From: Eledone cirrhosa
Taxonomy: Eukaryota
Direction of reading: 5' to 3'
Assembly: GCA_964016885.1 (NCBI GenBank)
Contig: OZ024759.1
Span: forward strand, 9,858,001-9,922,000
DNA length: 64,000 nt
In this document: piece by piece, positions 1-12,610 of the stretch
Layout: the number at the start of each line of letters is the position of its first letter
Position numbering within the stretch: the first letter of the stretch is position 1
Position numbers and translations under genes: made by a program
Notes under the pieces: model-generated
Databases searched by the model: none
What the model was told of the DNA's origin: nothing
What the model saw: the letters and a program-made list of their open reading frames with translations, nothing else

Positions 1-1415
1 ATTACACATCCATCGAAGCATGCAGGCTTCGTTTCTTTCTAATCTACGTAAGTCTTCCACCTTCAGCGCCCAGGTCTCACTACCATGTAACATTGCTGTT
101 CTGATACACGCATCATACAGTCTGCCTTTCATTTTGAGGGAGAAGCCTTTTGCAGCTAGCAATGGCAGTAATTCCCTGAACTTCTTCCATCCCATTCTTA
201 CCCTAGTTATTGTACTTTCTGAACACCCACCTCCGCTGCTAATTCGGTCACCTAGGTAGCAGAAGCTGTCTACTGTTTCTACAGAGCCCTCCCAGAGATT
301 GGTGGTACTTGTTTCCTGTGGCTGCTTGCTGTCCCAGCAGAGCTGCTACATGTGAAGCCTACATTCTTAATTAAGCTTCCTGAGATCCCGCTACATCTCT
401 TGTGTACCCATTGTTTGCATTTGGGGCAGAGAATGGAGTTCCTACCTACACCTTTCCTACATACTGAGCAAGGCCATTTCCCTGAAGGGACCTGGGTTCT
501 GTTTTCTCGTCTACTTACAAGGACCTTAGTCTTTGTCATGTTGACTTTGAGACCCTTTCTTTCTAGTCCCTGCTTCCAAGTTTGGAATTTCTTCTCTAGT
601 TCTACCATAGATTCAGCTATAAGTGCAAGGTCATCTGCATACAGGAGTTCCCATGGGCATCCGGTCTTAAACTCCTCCGTTATTGCCTGCAGGACTATGA
701 TGAACAAGAGAGGGCTAAGAACAGAGCCCTGGTGGACACCGACCTCTACGCTAAATTCGTCGCTATACTCATTGCTAATCCTAACTTTGCTGACTGCTCC
801 CCTATACATGGCTTGTACAGCTTTCACAAGCCATTCATCTACTCCTAGTTTTCTAAGAGCCCACCAGATTATAGCACGTGGAACTCTGTCAAAGGCTTTC
901 TCGAGATCGACGAATGCCAGGTAGAGTGGCTTACTTTTAGCTAGGTACCTTTCCTGTAACTGCCTCACAAGGAAGAGGGCATCAATGGTGCCTCTTCCTG
1001 GTACAAACCCAAATTGCATCTCATCTAGTTTCACCCGGTCCCTAATCAATTGTGCTATAACTCTTTCTGTTACTTTCATGACCTGGTCCATCAGCTTTAT
1101 ACCTCTATAGTTTTCTCTATCTAGTGCATCACCTTTACCTTTGTGGCAGTTGACAATGATGCTACTGCACCAATCTTTTGGTATGACACCTTCTAGTATT
1201 ACCTGGTTAACAATACGTGTGGTTATAGTGTGACCTACAGACCCAGATGCCTTCAGCATCTCGGCAGCTATACCTGATGGACCGGTTGCCTTCCCCATCT
1301 TCATATCTTTGATTGCCTTACTTACTATGCTGCTGCTGACTTGTACTGCTGGCCCTTCTATAGGGTCTCTTCTTCCCATGCATTCTCCTCATTTAGTAAT
1401 CTATCATAATGGCTG
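1..1415 (-). mobile_element. RTE-clade LINE fragment: reverse transcriptase plus PHD-like zinc finger, frameshifted
   Basis: ORF 279-1379 has KGDALDRENYRGIKL, QFGF, FVDLEKAFDRV, GVHQGSVLSPLLF, LLYADDL; continues in another frame below 280 (YLGD...LHGSETW...MLRWMC). Confidence 0.95.
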
Positions 1416-1884
1416 TTGTTTATTTGTACAAATCGATGGGATGGTCAGGCCTAGAATGTCTTTGATCATAATTTAGTCAGGTAATAAAAGAAGATCTGCA
1501 AACGAGAGTTAAAGGTATAATTATGTCTGGAATAGAACTAATGAAAGAACATTAATTCTTCTGGTGTGACAGACATGGAGAAAGTGGTAATTGGAAGTGA
1601 GAAAGAAACAATTATTTTGGAAAATATTTGGTCTTTTACTGCTACACTATTATATGAGTTAAACGTTGTGTTGGTGGACATGTCAGGCAGGCTTCCAAGA
1701 TTCCATTATTCTATTGTTGTAAGAGTTCAAGAGACTCTAGACAAATTCTTAATCTTTAGCATAGTCTCAAAAGTTAAGCTGACCTTCTGTAGAAAATAAC
1801 ACTTACCTGGGAATGAAAACATCATCATCATCATCAGTGTCATTGTGAACATCATCATCATCACCATCATCATCATCGTCATCT

Positions 1885-2056
1885 AGGTTGGTGTTAGGAA
1901 GGGCATCCAGCTGTAGAAACCAAGCCAGAATCGGTTCTGTATGAGCATAATATGGTCACCTAATCTAGCATTTCTCACCACAGGATAACTCATCTAACCC
2001 ATGCCAGCATAGAAAAATGGATGTTAAATGGTGATGATGATGATGATGATGATGAC
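1885..2056 (+). mobile_element. SINE family B, 3' part with (ATG)n tail
   Basis: ggtgttaggaagggcatccagctgtagaaac...catgccagcatagaaaaatggatgttaaa(tga)n; many copies in the window. Confidence 0.8.
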
Positions 2057-2370
2057 TAACTGCTCCAAATTCTAAATTTGTTGAGCTGCTTGGCTCCTAT
2101 TTCTACTGTATATAACGTCCAGTCCTGTTTGTATCTGCTGCCACAGTTAACTAATTCTCAGATACCAACAGATATAAATGTGATTTGTACTCTATTGGAA
2201 CTTATCCAAAGATGATTCCTCTGATGATTAGTTTTGTGTTTTCCGTAGTTTTACCAAAATCAATAGTTGCTGATCAATAATTGATTACTTAGGTCAATTT
2301 TTGCTTCAGTTTACGAACTTTGAAACGGTACTGTAGGGAAAATACAAACTTTTCTACTTTAAAGTATGCA

Positions 2371-2538
2371 CCGTATTACTCAGTATCGAAAATGCTACTT
2401 TTTTCCTGAAATAAGTCTCAAAAATCTACCATGCGCCCTGGAGGCCGAAGGTTGTTTATTATTTTTTTTCAAATTTTTGGTTGTCAAAATTAGGGTGCGT
2501 CCTCGAGGATGAAGTAACTTCGGCGCTGGGAAATACAG
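2371..2538. mobile_element. short DNA-transposon MITE, Tc1/mariner/pogo-like; second copy at about 37768-37915
   Basis: ccgtattac...gaaatacag(ta) termini; closely similar dispersed copy at 37.8 kb. Confidence 0.55.
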
Positions 2539-2699
2539 TACTTTTGCCTAAATATTATGTGCTTTATATATATGTACCAATTGTCAAGGTTTGCTCTCTT
2601 CCAGACCATCTTTGGAACCTCAGGATATGCAATGTTTGTGCATCCATCCCACACTTCCCAGGAGAGGTTGCAGGCCCATTGCCAGATTTTTTGGTGAAT

Positions 2700-3500
2700 G
2701 CAAGCAGCCAAAATGAGGTTCCTCCGAAGGGTCTTTGAAGTAACATTACTCGATAAAGTGTGTAGCTCAGAGATCAGAGAGTCACACCAGGTAGAGCTGC
2801 TACTTCTCCAAAGTGAGAGATCACAGCTCTGATACTATGGGTATGTGGTGGAAAGTCCCAGGAAAGAATTGCTGGATAGATTTGTAGCTCAGAGATCAGA
2901 GAGTCACTCCAGGTAGAGCTGCTACTTCTCCGAATTGAGAGATCACAGCTCTGATACTATGGGTATGTGGTTAGAAAGTCTCATGAAAGAATTGCTGGAT
3001 AGATTTGTAGCTCAGAGATCAGAGAGTCACTCCAGGTAGAGCTGCTACTTCTCCGAATTGAGAGATCACAGCTCTGATACTATGGGTATGTGGTTAGAAA
3101 GTCCCAGGAAAGAATTGCTGGATAGATTTGTAGCTCAGAGATCAGAGAGTCACTCCAGGTAGAGCTGCTACTTCTCCGAATTGAGAGATCACAGCTCTGA
3201 TACTATGGGTATGTGGTTAGAAAGTCTCATGAAAGAATTGCTGGATAGATTTGTAGCTCAGAGATCAGAGAGTCACTCCAAGTAGAGCTGCTACTTCTCC
3301 GAATTGAGAGATCACAGCTCTGATACTATGGGTATGTGGTTAGAAAGTCTCATGAAAGAATTGCTGGATAGATTTGTAGCTCAGAGATCAGAGAGTCACT
3401 CCAGGTAGAGCTGCTACTTCTCCGAATTGAGAGATCACAGCTCTGATACTATGGACATGTGGTTAGAAAGTCCCAGGAAAGAATCACTGGGCAGATTTAC
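2700..3500 (+). repeat. about 6 x 123-bp tandem repeat derived from the 3' coding end of an RTE LINE
   Basis: Units start near 2763, 2884, 3007, 3130, 3253, 3376; same sequence occurs unrepeated in LINE ends at 54060-54200 and 39600-39760. Confidence 0.9.
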
Positions 3501-3514
3501 ACGGAACAAAAGTG

Positions 3515-3815
3515 CTACCTAAGGTAGCTTAGTGGTTAGAGCATTGGGCTTGCAATTGAGAGGTTGTGAGTTCGATTCTCAGACCGGGTGATGCACTGTG
3601 TCCTTGAGAAAGATACTTTATTTTCTCCACTCTACTCAACCGTAGAAATGAGTTGCGATATCACTGGTGCCAAGCTGCATCGGTCATTGTCTTTCATTGT
3701 CTGGTATGGAGGAGACTGGCATGCATGGATGACTACTGGTCTTCCACAAAACCAACGTTGCCCTGGCTTGTGCCTCGGGGGGAAACTTTCTAGGTGCAAA
3801 ACTATGGTCATTCAT
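3515..3815 (+). mobile_element. tRNA-derived SINE
   Basis: A box tagcttagtgg and B box gttcgattc followed by tccttgagaaagatacttt body; no tRNA acceptor stem. Confidence 0.75.
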
Positions 3816-4150
3816 GGTGAATGTCCTTTACAAGGCAAATAAAACATTAAATCTGTTGTATACGAGGCAACTATAAAATCTGTTAAGACCAACCAGCCTT
3901 CTACCGGGCAATGATATGTGGGCATGACCCAGCATACTTAAAAAAAAAGACATTATGCACACGTCGCTTCCTTTTGACACCAGGATAAAAAGAAAACTAC
4001 GGCGCTGGCAAATAGAGTGTGGAAGATGAAAGAGCGTGGGATCCCATATTAAATTGATTGGTCTATTTTAGACCAATCAAAAGAATATGTAAAAGGCACA
4101 AGAAGATGTACCTTGTGTGTAACAGAAAAATACAGGATTCTACAAAATTT
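3816..4150 (+). pseudogene. Penelope-like element GIY-YIG endonuclease remnant
   Basis: Reads ECPLQGK*NIKSVVYEATI...*YVGMTQHT*KKRHYAHVASF*HQDKKKTTALANRVWKMK...IDWSIL...RRCTLCVTEKYRIL; VVY/YVG motifs and CxxCxxEK; several stops. Confidence 0.8.
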
Positions 4151-4887
4151 GAAATCTCCCAACACCTGTCTTAATTCAAATTCTAAAAATGTTTAAATTT
4201 GCCCACATATAAGAACTGATCTCCTTTCCTGGCATCATAACACCATTTTGGACACCCATCCACCTTGAACACTTTCTCTTATTTCAACCACCCTCGACTT
4301 TCATCACACCCAACACACACATTCAACACTTATTTTATATTACACCTATATTATTCACTTATTGACTTCTTCATTTCCTTTACTGAGTCTTTTTATGCAC
4401 CGAACACTTCTCCTTTCTATACATAATTGCACTCTTTTACTTTCAAATCTTAACCCACCCATATATGTATATGTGTGGGTGACTATGTGTATGCATATGT
4501 ATATGCTCCCCCCCCCCACACACACACACACTCTCAAGCGTGAACCTAATACCAACACTGTTCGTAATTGGACTGACTCCTTGTTTTTGTTTTGTTCTTT
4601 GCCAATATATATATATATGTATATAAATATATCTGTGTGTGTGTGTGTACTTACATGCATGTATTTATTGTCTGTGTGTGAACATGTACCTATGTGTATG
4701 CATGCAGGTGTGTATCTGTATGTCTGTACTTGCGTGTTATACATGTGTGCACACGTAAACATACAAAGGCTCTTTCCTATATTCTGTATAATATAAGTGT
4801 TTACTGTCATTTCTAATTATTGCAATTTTATGCAAGACTTTATTGCATGCTTTTCCATAATTGTGTAATTACATATTTTTTATATGT

Positions 4888-5610
4888 ATCATCATCATCA
4901 TCATCATCACCGTTTTACGTCCGTTCTTCCACGCTAGCATGGGTTAGACGGGTTGTCCTGTTGTGGGCAGTGTCTGGTCGGCTGACCTTGCCTTGCTGAT
5001 ACAGGAACTGATTTGGCTTGATTTCTACAGCTGGATGCCCTTCCTAACACCAACCTCATTTACAGTGAATGCTGGGTGCTTTTTCGTGGCGCCTACACGT
5101 CCACTTTACAGTGTGGGCTGGGTGCTTTTTTGCCGTGGCACCTCCACGACCACTTTACAGTGAGTGCTGGGTGCTTTTTCGTGGCGCCTACACGTCCACT
5201 TTACAGTGTGGGCTGGGTGCTTTTTTGCCGTGGCACCTCCACGACCACCTTGCGGTGGGGGGTGTGGGGGCATATTGTCTATATGCTTCAGCTTGTACCC
5301 ATGGGAGGTCGGGTACTCTGTATTACTGCGTGACGCCAGAAGTCATGGTCGTGTGTATGTGTGTGTATATATATATATGCATATATGTATGTATGTATCA
5401 TCATCATCATCACCGTTTTACTTCCGTTCTTCCATGCTAGTATGGGTTAGACAGGTTGTCCGGTCAGCTGACCTTGTCTTGCTCATACGGGAACTGATTC
5501 CGGCTTGATTACAGCTGGATGCCCTTCCTAACACCAACCTCATTTACAGTGAGTGCTGAGTGCTTTTTTGTTGTGGCACCTCCACGTCCACTTTACAGTG
5601 TGGGCTGGGG
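4888..5610 (-). mobile_element. two adjacent SINE family B copies, first with an internal 68-bp duplication
   Basis: (cat)n tails at 4888 and 5398; ctggatgcccttcctaacacc core twice. Confidence 0.8.
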
Positions 5611-5611
5611 C

Positions 5612-5685
5612 TGTATATATGTATGTATATATGCATGTATATATGTATATATATATATATATATGTGTGTATGTATATATGCATG

Positions 5686-5718
<33 letters not shown>

Positions 5719-6080
5719 ATGTATATATGCATGTATATATGTATATATATATATATATATATGTGTGTATGTATATATGCGTATATCCGTATGGTATTTT
5801 GACATTTATTTTTTGGACACACACGCATGTGTGTGTGTATGTATGAGTGTAGGAGTGTGTGTGTGTGCGTGTGTATGTAGGAGAGTGTGTGTGTGTATGT
5901 GTAGGAGTGTGTGTGTGTGTGTATGTAGGAATGTGTGTCTGTATGTAGGAGAGTGTGTGTGTATAGGAGTGTGTGTGTATGTAAGAGTGTGTGTATGTAG
6001 GAGAGTGTGTCTGTGTATGGAGGAGTGTGTGTGTGTGTGTGTAGGAGTGTATGTAGGAGAGTGTGTGTGTGTGTATGTAG

Positions 6081-6146
<66 letters not shown>

Positions 6147-6215
6147 GAGTGTGTGTGTGTGTATGTAGGAGAGTGTGTGTGTATATATATGTAAGTGTGT
6201 GTACATGTTTATATG
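5612..6215. repeat. compound (TA)n/(TG)n microsatellite with TAGGAG interruptions
   Basis: Direct reading. Confidence 0.95.
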
Positions 6216-6302
6216 TGATTTGTTTCTATCTTGTCTGACCGATTAATTTATATTTTATATTTTCTTATCTCTTATTTTTATATACCAATATATTTTCATA
6301 AC

Positions 6303-6364
6303 CTCCCTATCTGATGAGTGAACTAGATGTATTGTCTAGGTTCCTGAAACCTTTGGTAATGGAG
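6303..6364 (+). ncRNA. predicted type I hammerhead ribozyme
   Basis: ctccctat-CTGATGA-[gaactaga/tctaggttc stem II]-GAAA-cc ttt gg-TA-atggag; cleavage triplet GUA; stem I imperfect. Confidence 0.65.
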
Positions 6365-6395
6365 TAGTTATATATTGTGTTGTTCACTTTCTAAT

Positions 6396-6907
6396 TATAT
6401 ATGTATATAACTGAGGATCTCTGTCTGTGTGTGAGTGAGTTTGAATCCCTAAAACTCGAGAACCACCCCACCGACTGTTTTCAAACTTTACACATTTAAT
6501 ACTTATGTTTTAAGGAATGTTTTGAGCAAAACAATTTTCAAATTTTCAATGCCCTAGAGACCGCATTAAGCGATTTAGCGACCTCTCTCTATAATTCTTA
6601 GTCTTTCTCTTTTTAGATAGATACATACATATAACGTTGTGCCCTTATATCTGTCTGTATGTTTGGCTGTCTGCTGCCTCCGATTATTCTGCCACCCTTG
6701 CTCAAGACAAATCTCACACTCATTCCCCAAACAGTTGGTAAGTGCACACAACTTCTTCCTCACGTTTTAAGCCACAGTGTTGCTTACTTACGTACCACCA
6801 GACCCTTACTTCTTTGCCAGCCGTGGTTGTGGCAATACTAAGCTTAGCTAAGGCAGTTATATATTTCACAATACCTTATCCCGTGCAACGCCGGGTACCA
6901 CTGCTAG
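6396..6907 (+). mobile_element. non-autonomous Helitron
   Basis: 3' hairpin cccgtgcaacgccggg then CTAG|T; 3' end resembles the Helitron at 42563-43476; 5' boundary approximate. Confidence 0.7.
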
Positions 6908-6930
6908 TATATATATATATATATATATAT

Positions 6931-7051
6931 AATAGGAAAATGTTAGACACCGACGGCAGAGCTCAAGCCGTTTCGACGGCTATTTCTGGACTCCAGAAAT
7001 AGCCGTCGAAACGGCTTGAGCTCTGCCGTAAGGATCTAACATTTTCCTATT
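6931..7051. repeat. 121-bp near-perfect palindrome
   Basis: 38-bp perfect arms 6953-6990 and 6992-7029 around one base, plus 17-bp outer arms. Confidence 0.95.
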
Positions 7052-7430
7052 ACCAACTCTACTACCCTAAGTATTGAGTATTCTGGTGCGTTATGGTCCA
7101 TCTGATTCCTTACCACACCTCCTTCGTTTTATATATATATACAGATCAGTTCCTGTATGAGCAAGGCATGGTCAGCCGACCAGACACTGCACACAACAGG
7201 ACAACCCGTCTAACCCATGCTAGCGTGGAAGAACGGACGTAAAGCGGTGATGATGATGATGATGATGATATCACAGAAAAAAGAGAATCAATGTTGCGAC
7301 GTATGGAATTTATTGGACATATTACAATCGTTTCTCTGGCAACCAGCTCGAGGCACGATCGATATGATGATCGAACCTGATATATCACACGTTGTATGTG
7401 TATTATTAGCACGTATCAATTTTTTTTTAA

Positions 7431-8845
7431 CCCTTTAGCATTTAAACCAGCCATATCCGGCCAGAATTCTCCCACCTCTTTCTGTTCAAACCAGCTGTAA
7501 CCGACCGCTCATACTGATGTTAAGGTATTGTTCTCAAAATAAATATCAAAATCTCATAGATTCTATATTATGTGAGATAATTATGGAAGATAATGTCTTT
7601 ACTGTGAAAATACAATAGTATTTCATTTTACGTCCGCTTTTTCCCTGCTTGCAAGGGTGGGATGGGAACTGATTCTAGCTTGATTTCTACAGCTGGATGC
7701 CCTTCCCAACAATAACCTCATTTACAGTGAGTGCTGGGTGGTTTTTTGCCGTGGCACCTCCATGACCACTTTGCAGTGGAATGATAGGGACCCCAGTCCC
7801 TATCATCTCATTTCTACAGCTGAGGAAACTGGAGCAATGTGAAATAAAATATCTTGCTCAAGGAAACAACACATCACCCAGTCTGAGAATTGAACTCATA
7901 ACCTTTCGATTGCAAGGCCAATACTCTAACCACTAAGCTATGGGCCTCCATATGTAGAGTAATGTAAATGTTATGTGAGATATTATGTGAGGTAAAGCCT
8001 TTACCATGATATTATAATAGCATATATAGAATAATGTAAATGTTATGTGAGATATTATGTGAGGTAAAGACTTTACCGTGAAAATACAATAGTATATATA
8101 GAGTAATGTAAATGTTATGCGAGATATTATGTAAGGTTAAGCCTTTACTGTGAAAATACAATAGTATATACAGAGTAATGTGAATGTTATGTGAGATATT
8201 ATGAGATGTAAAGCCTTTACTGTGAAAATACAATAGTATATATAGAGTAATGTAAATGTTATGTGAGATATTATGTAAGGTTAAGCCTTTACTGTGAAAA
8301 TACAATAGTATATACAGAGTAATGTGAATGTTATGTGAGATATTATGTGAGGTAAAGTCTTTACTATGAAAATACAATAGTATATATAGAGTAATGTAAA
8401 TGTTATGTGAGATATTATGTGAGGTAAAGCCTTTACTGTGAAAATACAATAGTATATATATAGAGTTATGTAAATGTTATGTGAGATATTATGTGAGGTA
8501 AAGCCTTTACTGTGACAATACAATAGTATATATAGAGTAATGTAAATGTTATGTGAGATATTATGTGAGGTAAAGACTTTACTGTGAAAATACAATAGTA
8601 TATATAGAGTAATGTAAATGTTATGTGAGATATTATGTGAGGTAAAGACTTTACTGTGAAAATACAATAGTATATATAGAGTAATGTAAATGTTATGTGA
8701 GATATTATGTGAGGTAAAGCCTTTACTGTGAAAATATAATAGTAAATATAGAGTAATGTAAATGTTATGTGAGATATTATGTGAGGTAAAGCCTTTACTG
8801 TGAAAATACAATAGTATATATATAGAGTAATGTAATGCTAAAGGG
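7431..8845 (+). mobile_element. piggyBac-like MITE copy 1 with expanded 72-bp unit and nested SINE
   Basis: TTAA|CCCTTTAGCATT...AATGCTAAAGGG|TTAA; array about 7950-8835. Confidence 0.85.
7622..7950 (-). mobile_element. tRNA-headed SINE with RTE-type tail; near-identical copy at 40329-40661
   Basis: Minus strand tagcttagtgg...gagttcaattctc head; tail cccacccttgcaagcagggaaaaagcggacgtaaaatga matches the LINE end at 55856. Confidence 0.85.
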
Positions 8846-9129
8846 TTAAATAAGCAATTTCTGAATGTGGCTGAATATATTTGTACTTCTGTGTACCTGA
8901 TGTATACCTGTTGTGTGAACAGGTATAAAGAAGTATATATATTTACATGTACACATCAACAAGCAATGATAGTGATTCATTATCCTTAAATAGTTTAATG
9001 AATAATCTAGATAATGATGAGTCATATATTCCTCAATTGATGTCTCAATTAGTAACACACCAAATTCTCTACCATTACTCTCTATTTCTGAAGTATTTAC
9101 CTAACTTACTTAGTACTAACTTACTTAAA

Positions 9130-9570
9130 GGTGAATTGGCAGTGTCGGTAGAGGGTCGGACGCCATGCTTTGCAACATAGAGTTACGGCCCTTTACAGTC
9201 CGAGTTCAAATCGCGCCGAGGTTAGCTTTGCCTTTCATCCTTATGGGGGGGGGGGTCGATAAAATAAAGTACCAGTAATGTACTGGGGTAATTGCTGGCC
9301 TTGTGCCAAAAGTAGAAACAATTATTATTATTATTATTATTATTATCATGGCGTTGGATTGGCAACATCGGTAGAGAGTCGGACACCATGCTTTGTGGCA
9401 CAGAGTTATGTCCCTTTACGTTCTGAGTTCAAATCCTGCCAAGGGTAGCTTTACTTTTTATCCTTACGAGGTCGATAAAATAAAAGTACCAGTAATGCAC
9501 TGGGGTTGATTTAATAAGCTTTGCCCTCCCCCCCAAATTACTGGCCTTGTGCCTATACTAGAAATCCTTA
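9130..9570 (+). mobile_element. two tandem SINE family A copies
   Basis: tggcag..ggtagag A box, gagttcaaatc B box, ctttgcctttcatcctt..ggggtcgataaaataaagtaccag core, (att)n tail. Confidence 0.85.
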
Positions 9571-9737
9571 TCATCATTACCAGCATCAATCATGTTTTAA
9601 ATCTTCTACCTCAATTAATAAAAATGTTCTCTACGTTGGCTGCAGGAAATATTTATTTAAGTATTCTGTTTATTTCAAAAGGGAAACACACTACAAGAGT
9701 TTTACTTTGCACACATTAGATCTTGCCACCTTGTTAA

Positions 9738-12065
9738 CCGTTTTAACTGGTTAGAACTGACCAGAACTGACCAGAATTCTCTCACCTCCTCCTGTTCAAA
9801 CCAGCTGTAAGCAGCCACTCATACTGATAGATTCGATATTATGTGAGATAATTATTTAATTGTTTCTACTTTTGGCACAAGGCCAGCAATTATCCCAGTG
9901 TATTACTGGTACTTTATTTTATCAAGCCCCGTAATAATTGTTTCTACTTTTGGCACAAGGCCAGCAATTATCCAGTGTATTACTGGTACTTTATTTTATC
10001 AAGCCCCGTAATAATTGTTTCTACTTTTGGCACAAGGCCAGCAATTATCCCAGTGTATTACTGGTACTTTATTTTATCAAGCCCCGTAAGGATGAAAGGC
10101 AAAGTTAACCTCGGCGGGATTTAAACTCAGAATGGCAAGGGCTGTGACTCTATGCGTCAAAGCATGGTGTCCAACCCTCTACCAATACTGCCAATCAATT
10201 ATATAATAATATATAATAATAATAATAATGAAATTATTGTGTGCAGTGGTCAGGTGCGCTACCACTCATCAAAGATGCGAGGTAAAGCCTTTATCATGAA
10301 AATATAACAGTAAATATAGAGTAATGTAAATGTTATGTGAGATATTGTGTGAGGTAAAGCCTTTACTGTGAAAATACAATAGTATTTATAGAGTTATGTA
10401 AATGTTATGTGAGATATTATGTGAGGTAAAGCCTTTACTGTGACAATACAATAGTATATATAGAGTAATGTAAATGTTATGTGTGATATTATGTGAGGTA
10501 AAGCCTTTACTGTGAAAATACAATAGTATATATAGAGTAATGTAAATGTTATGTGAGATATTATGTGAGGTAAAGCCTTTACTGTGAAAATACAATAGTA
10601 TATATAGAGTAATGTAAATGTTATGTGAGATATTATGTGAGGTAAAGCCTTTACTGTGACAATACAATAGTATATATAGAGTAATGTAAATGTTATGTGA
10701 GGTATTATGTGAGGTAAAGCCTTTACTGTGACAATACAATAGTATATATAGAGTAATGTAAATGTTATGTGAGATATTATGTGAGGTAAAGCCTTTACTG
10801 TGACAATACAATAGTATATATAGAGTAATGTAAATGTTATGTGAGGTATTATGTGAGGTAAAGCCTTTACTGTGACAATACAATAGTATATATAGAGTAA
10901 TGTAAATGTTATGTGAGATATTATGTGAGGTAAAGCCTTTACTGTGACAATACAATAGTATATATAGAGTAATGTAAATGTTATGTGAGATATTATGTGA
11001 GGTAAAGCCTTTACTGTGACAATACAATAGTATATATAGAGTAATGTAAATGTTATGTGAGATATTATGTGAGGTAAAGCCTTTACTGTGACAATACAAT
11101 AGTATATAGAGTGTAATGTAATGTTATGTGAGATATGTGAGGTAAAGCCTTTACTGTGACAATACAATAGTATATATAGAGTAATGTAAATGTTATGTGA
11201 GATATTATGTGAGGTAAAGCCTTTACTGTGACAATACAATAGTATATATAGAGTAATGTAAATGTTATGTGAGATATTATGTGAGGTAAAGCCTTTACTG
11301 TGACAATACAATAGTATATATAGAGTAATGTAAATGTTATGTGAGATATTATGTGAGGTAAAGCCTTTACTGTGAAAATACAATAGTATATATAGAGTAA
11401 TGTAAATGTTATGTGAGATATTATGTGAGGTAAAGTCTTTACTGTGACAATACAATAGTATATATAGAGTAATGTAAATGTTATGTGAGATATTATGTGA
11501 GGTAAAGCCTTTAATGTGACAATACAATAGTATATATAGAGTAATGTAAATGTTATGTGAGATATTATGTGAGGTAAAGCCTTTACTGTGACAATACAAT
11601 AGTATATATAGAGTAATGTAAATGTTATGTGAGATATTATGTGAGGTAAAGCCTTTACTGTGACAATACAATAGTAACATATAGAGTAATGTAAATGTTA
11701 TGTGAGATATTATGTGAGGTAAAGCCTTTAATGTGACAATACAATAGTATATATAGAGTAATGTAAATGTTATGTGAGATATTATGTGAGGTAAAGCCTT
11801 TACTGTGACAATACAATAGTATATATAGAGTAATGTAAATGTTATGTGAGATATTATGTGAGGTAAAGCCTTTACTGTGACAATACAATAGTAAATATAG
11901 AGTAATGTAAATGTTATGTGAGATATTATGTGAGGTAAAGCCTTTAATGTGACAATACAATAGTATATATAGAGTAATGTAAATGTTATGTGAGATATTA
12001 TGTGAGGTAAAGCCTTTACTGTGACAATACAATAGTATATATAGAGTAATGTAAATGCTAAAGGG
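9738..12065 (+). mobile_element. piggyBac-like MITE copy 2 with about 25 x 72-bp units (10278-12057) and nested SINE A (9856-10197, minus)
   Basis: Right end aatgctaaaggg|TTAA; left end degenerate but shared body ccagaattctctcacctc..tgttcaaaccagctgtaa. Confidence 0.8.
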
Positions 12066-12079
12066 TTAATAGCCATTTG

Positions 12080-12610
12080 AGACTCTGAAAAATGAATATA
12101 GGTTGTATGATATACATTCAGAGGCCCTGACTATGGATGTGATTGCATGACATACTCTTTCAGAGGCCCTGACTATGAATGTGATTGCATGACACTTCTT
12201 TCAGAGGCCCTGACTATGAATATAATTGCATGACATACTTCTTTCAGAGGCCCTGACTATGAATGTGATTGCATGACATACTTTCTGAGGCCCTGAAAAA
12301 GGATGTAGGCACCGCTCATGATATACTTTCTGAGGCCCTGAAAAAGGATGTAGGCTTCATGATATACTTTCTGAGGCGCTGAAAATGGATGGAGGTTGCT
12401 TGATATACTTTCTGCAGCCCTGAAAATGGATGTAGGCTTCATTATATGCTTTCTGAGGCCCTGAAAATGGATGTAGGCTTCATTATATGCTTTCTGAGGC
12501 CCTGAAAATGGATGTAGGCTTCGTGATATACTTTCTGCAGCCCTGAATATGGATATAGGTTACATGATATACTTTCTGGGGCCCTGAAAATGAATGTAGT
12601 TTGCACAATA
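12080..12610. repeat. degenerate 41-42-bp tandem repeat
   Basis: Recurring gaggccctga..atg.atgta/tg..catga.atact units. Confidence 0.75.

Noticed and set aside
1795-1822. Minus-strand ttttcattcccag|gtaagt, like a recursive splice site or exon edge
   Set aside because: Single motif beside a (GAT)n tract with no identifiable gene context.
3523-3590. tRNA gene
   Set aside because: A and B boxes present but no acceptor stem; continues into a SINE body.
10386-12076. HSKGFTSHNISHNIYITLYILLYC repeat ORFs that look zinc-finger-like
   Set aside because: Translation of the 72-bp MITE satellite; no C2H2 spacing; open in more than one frame with frequent shifts.
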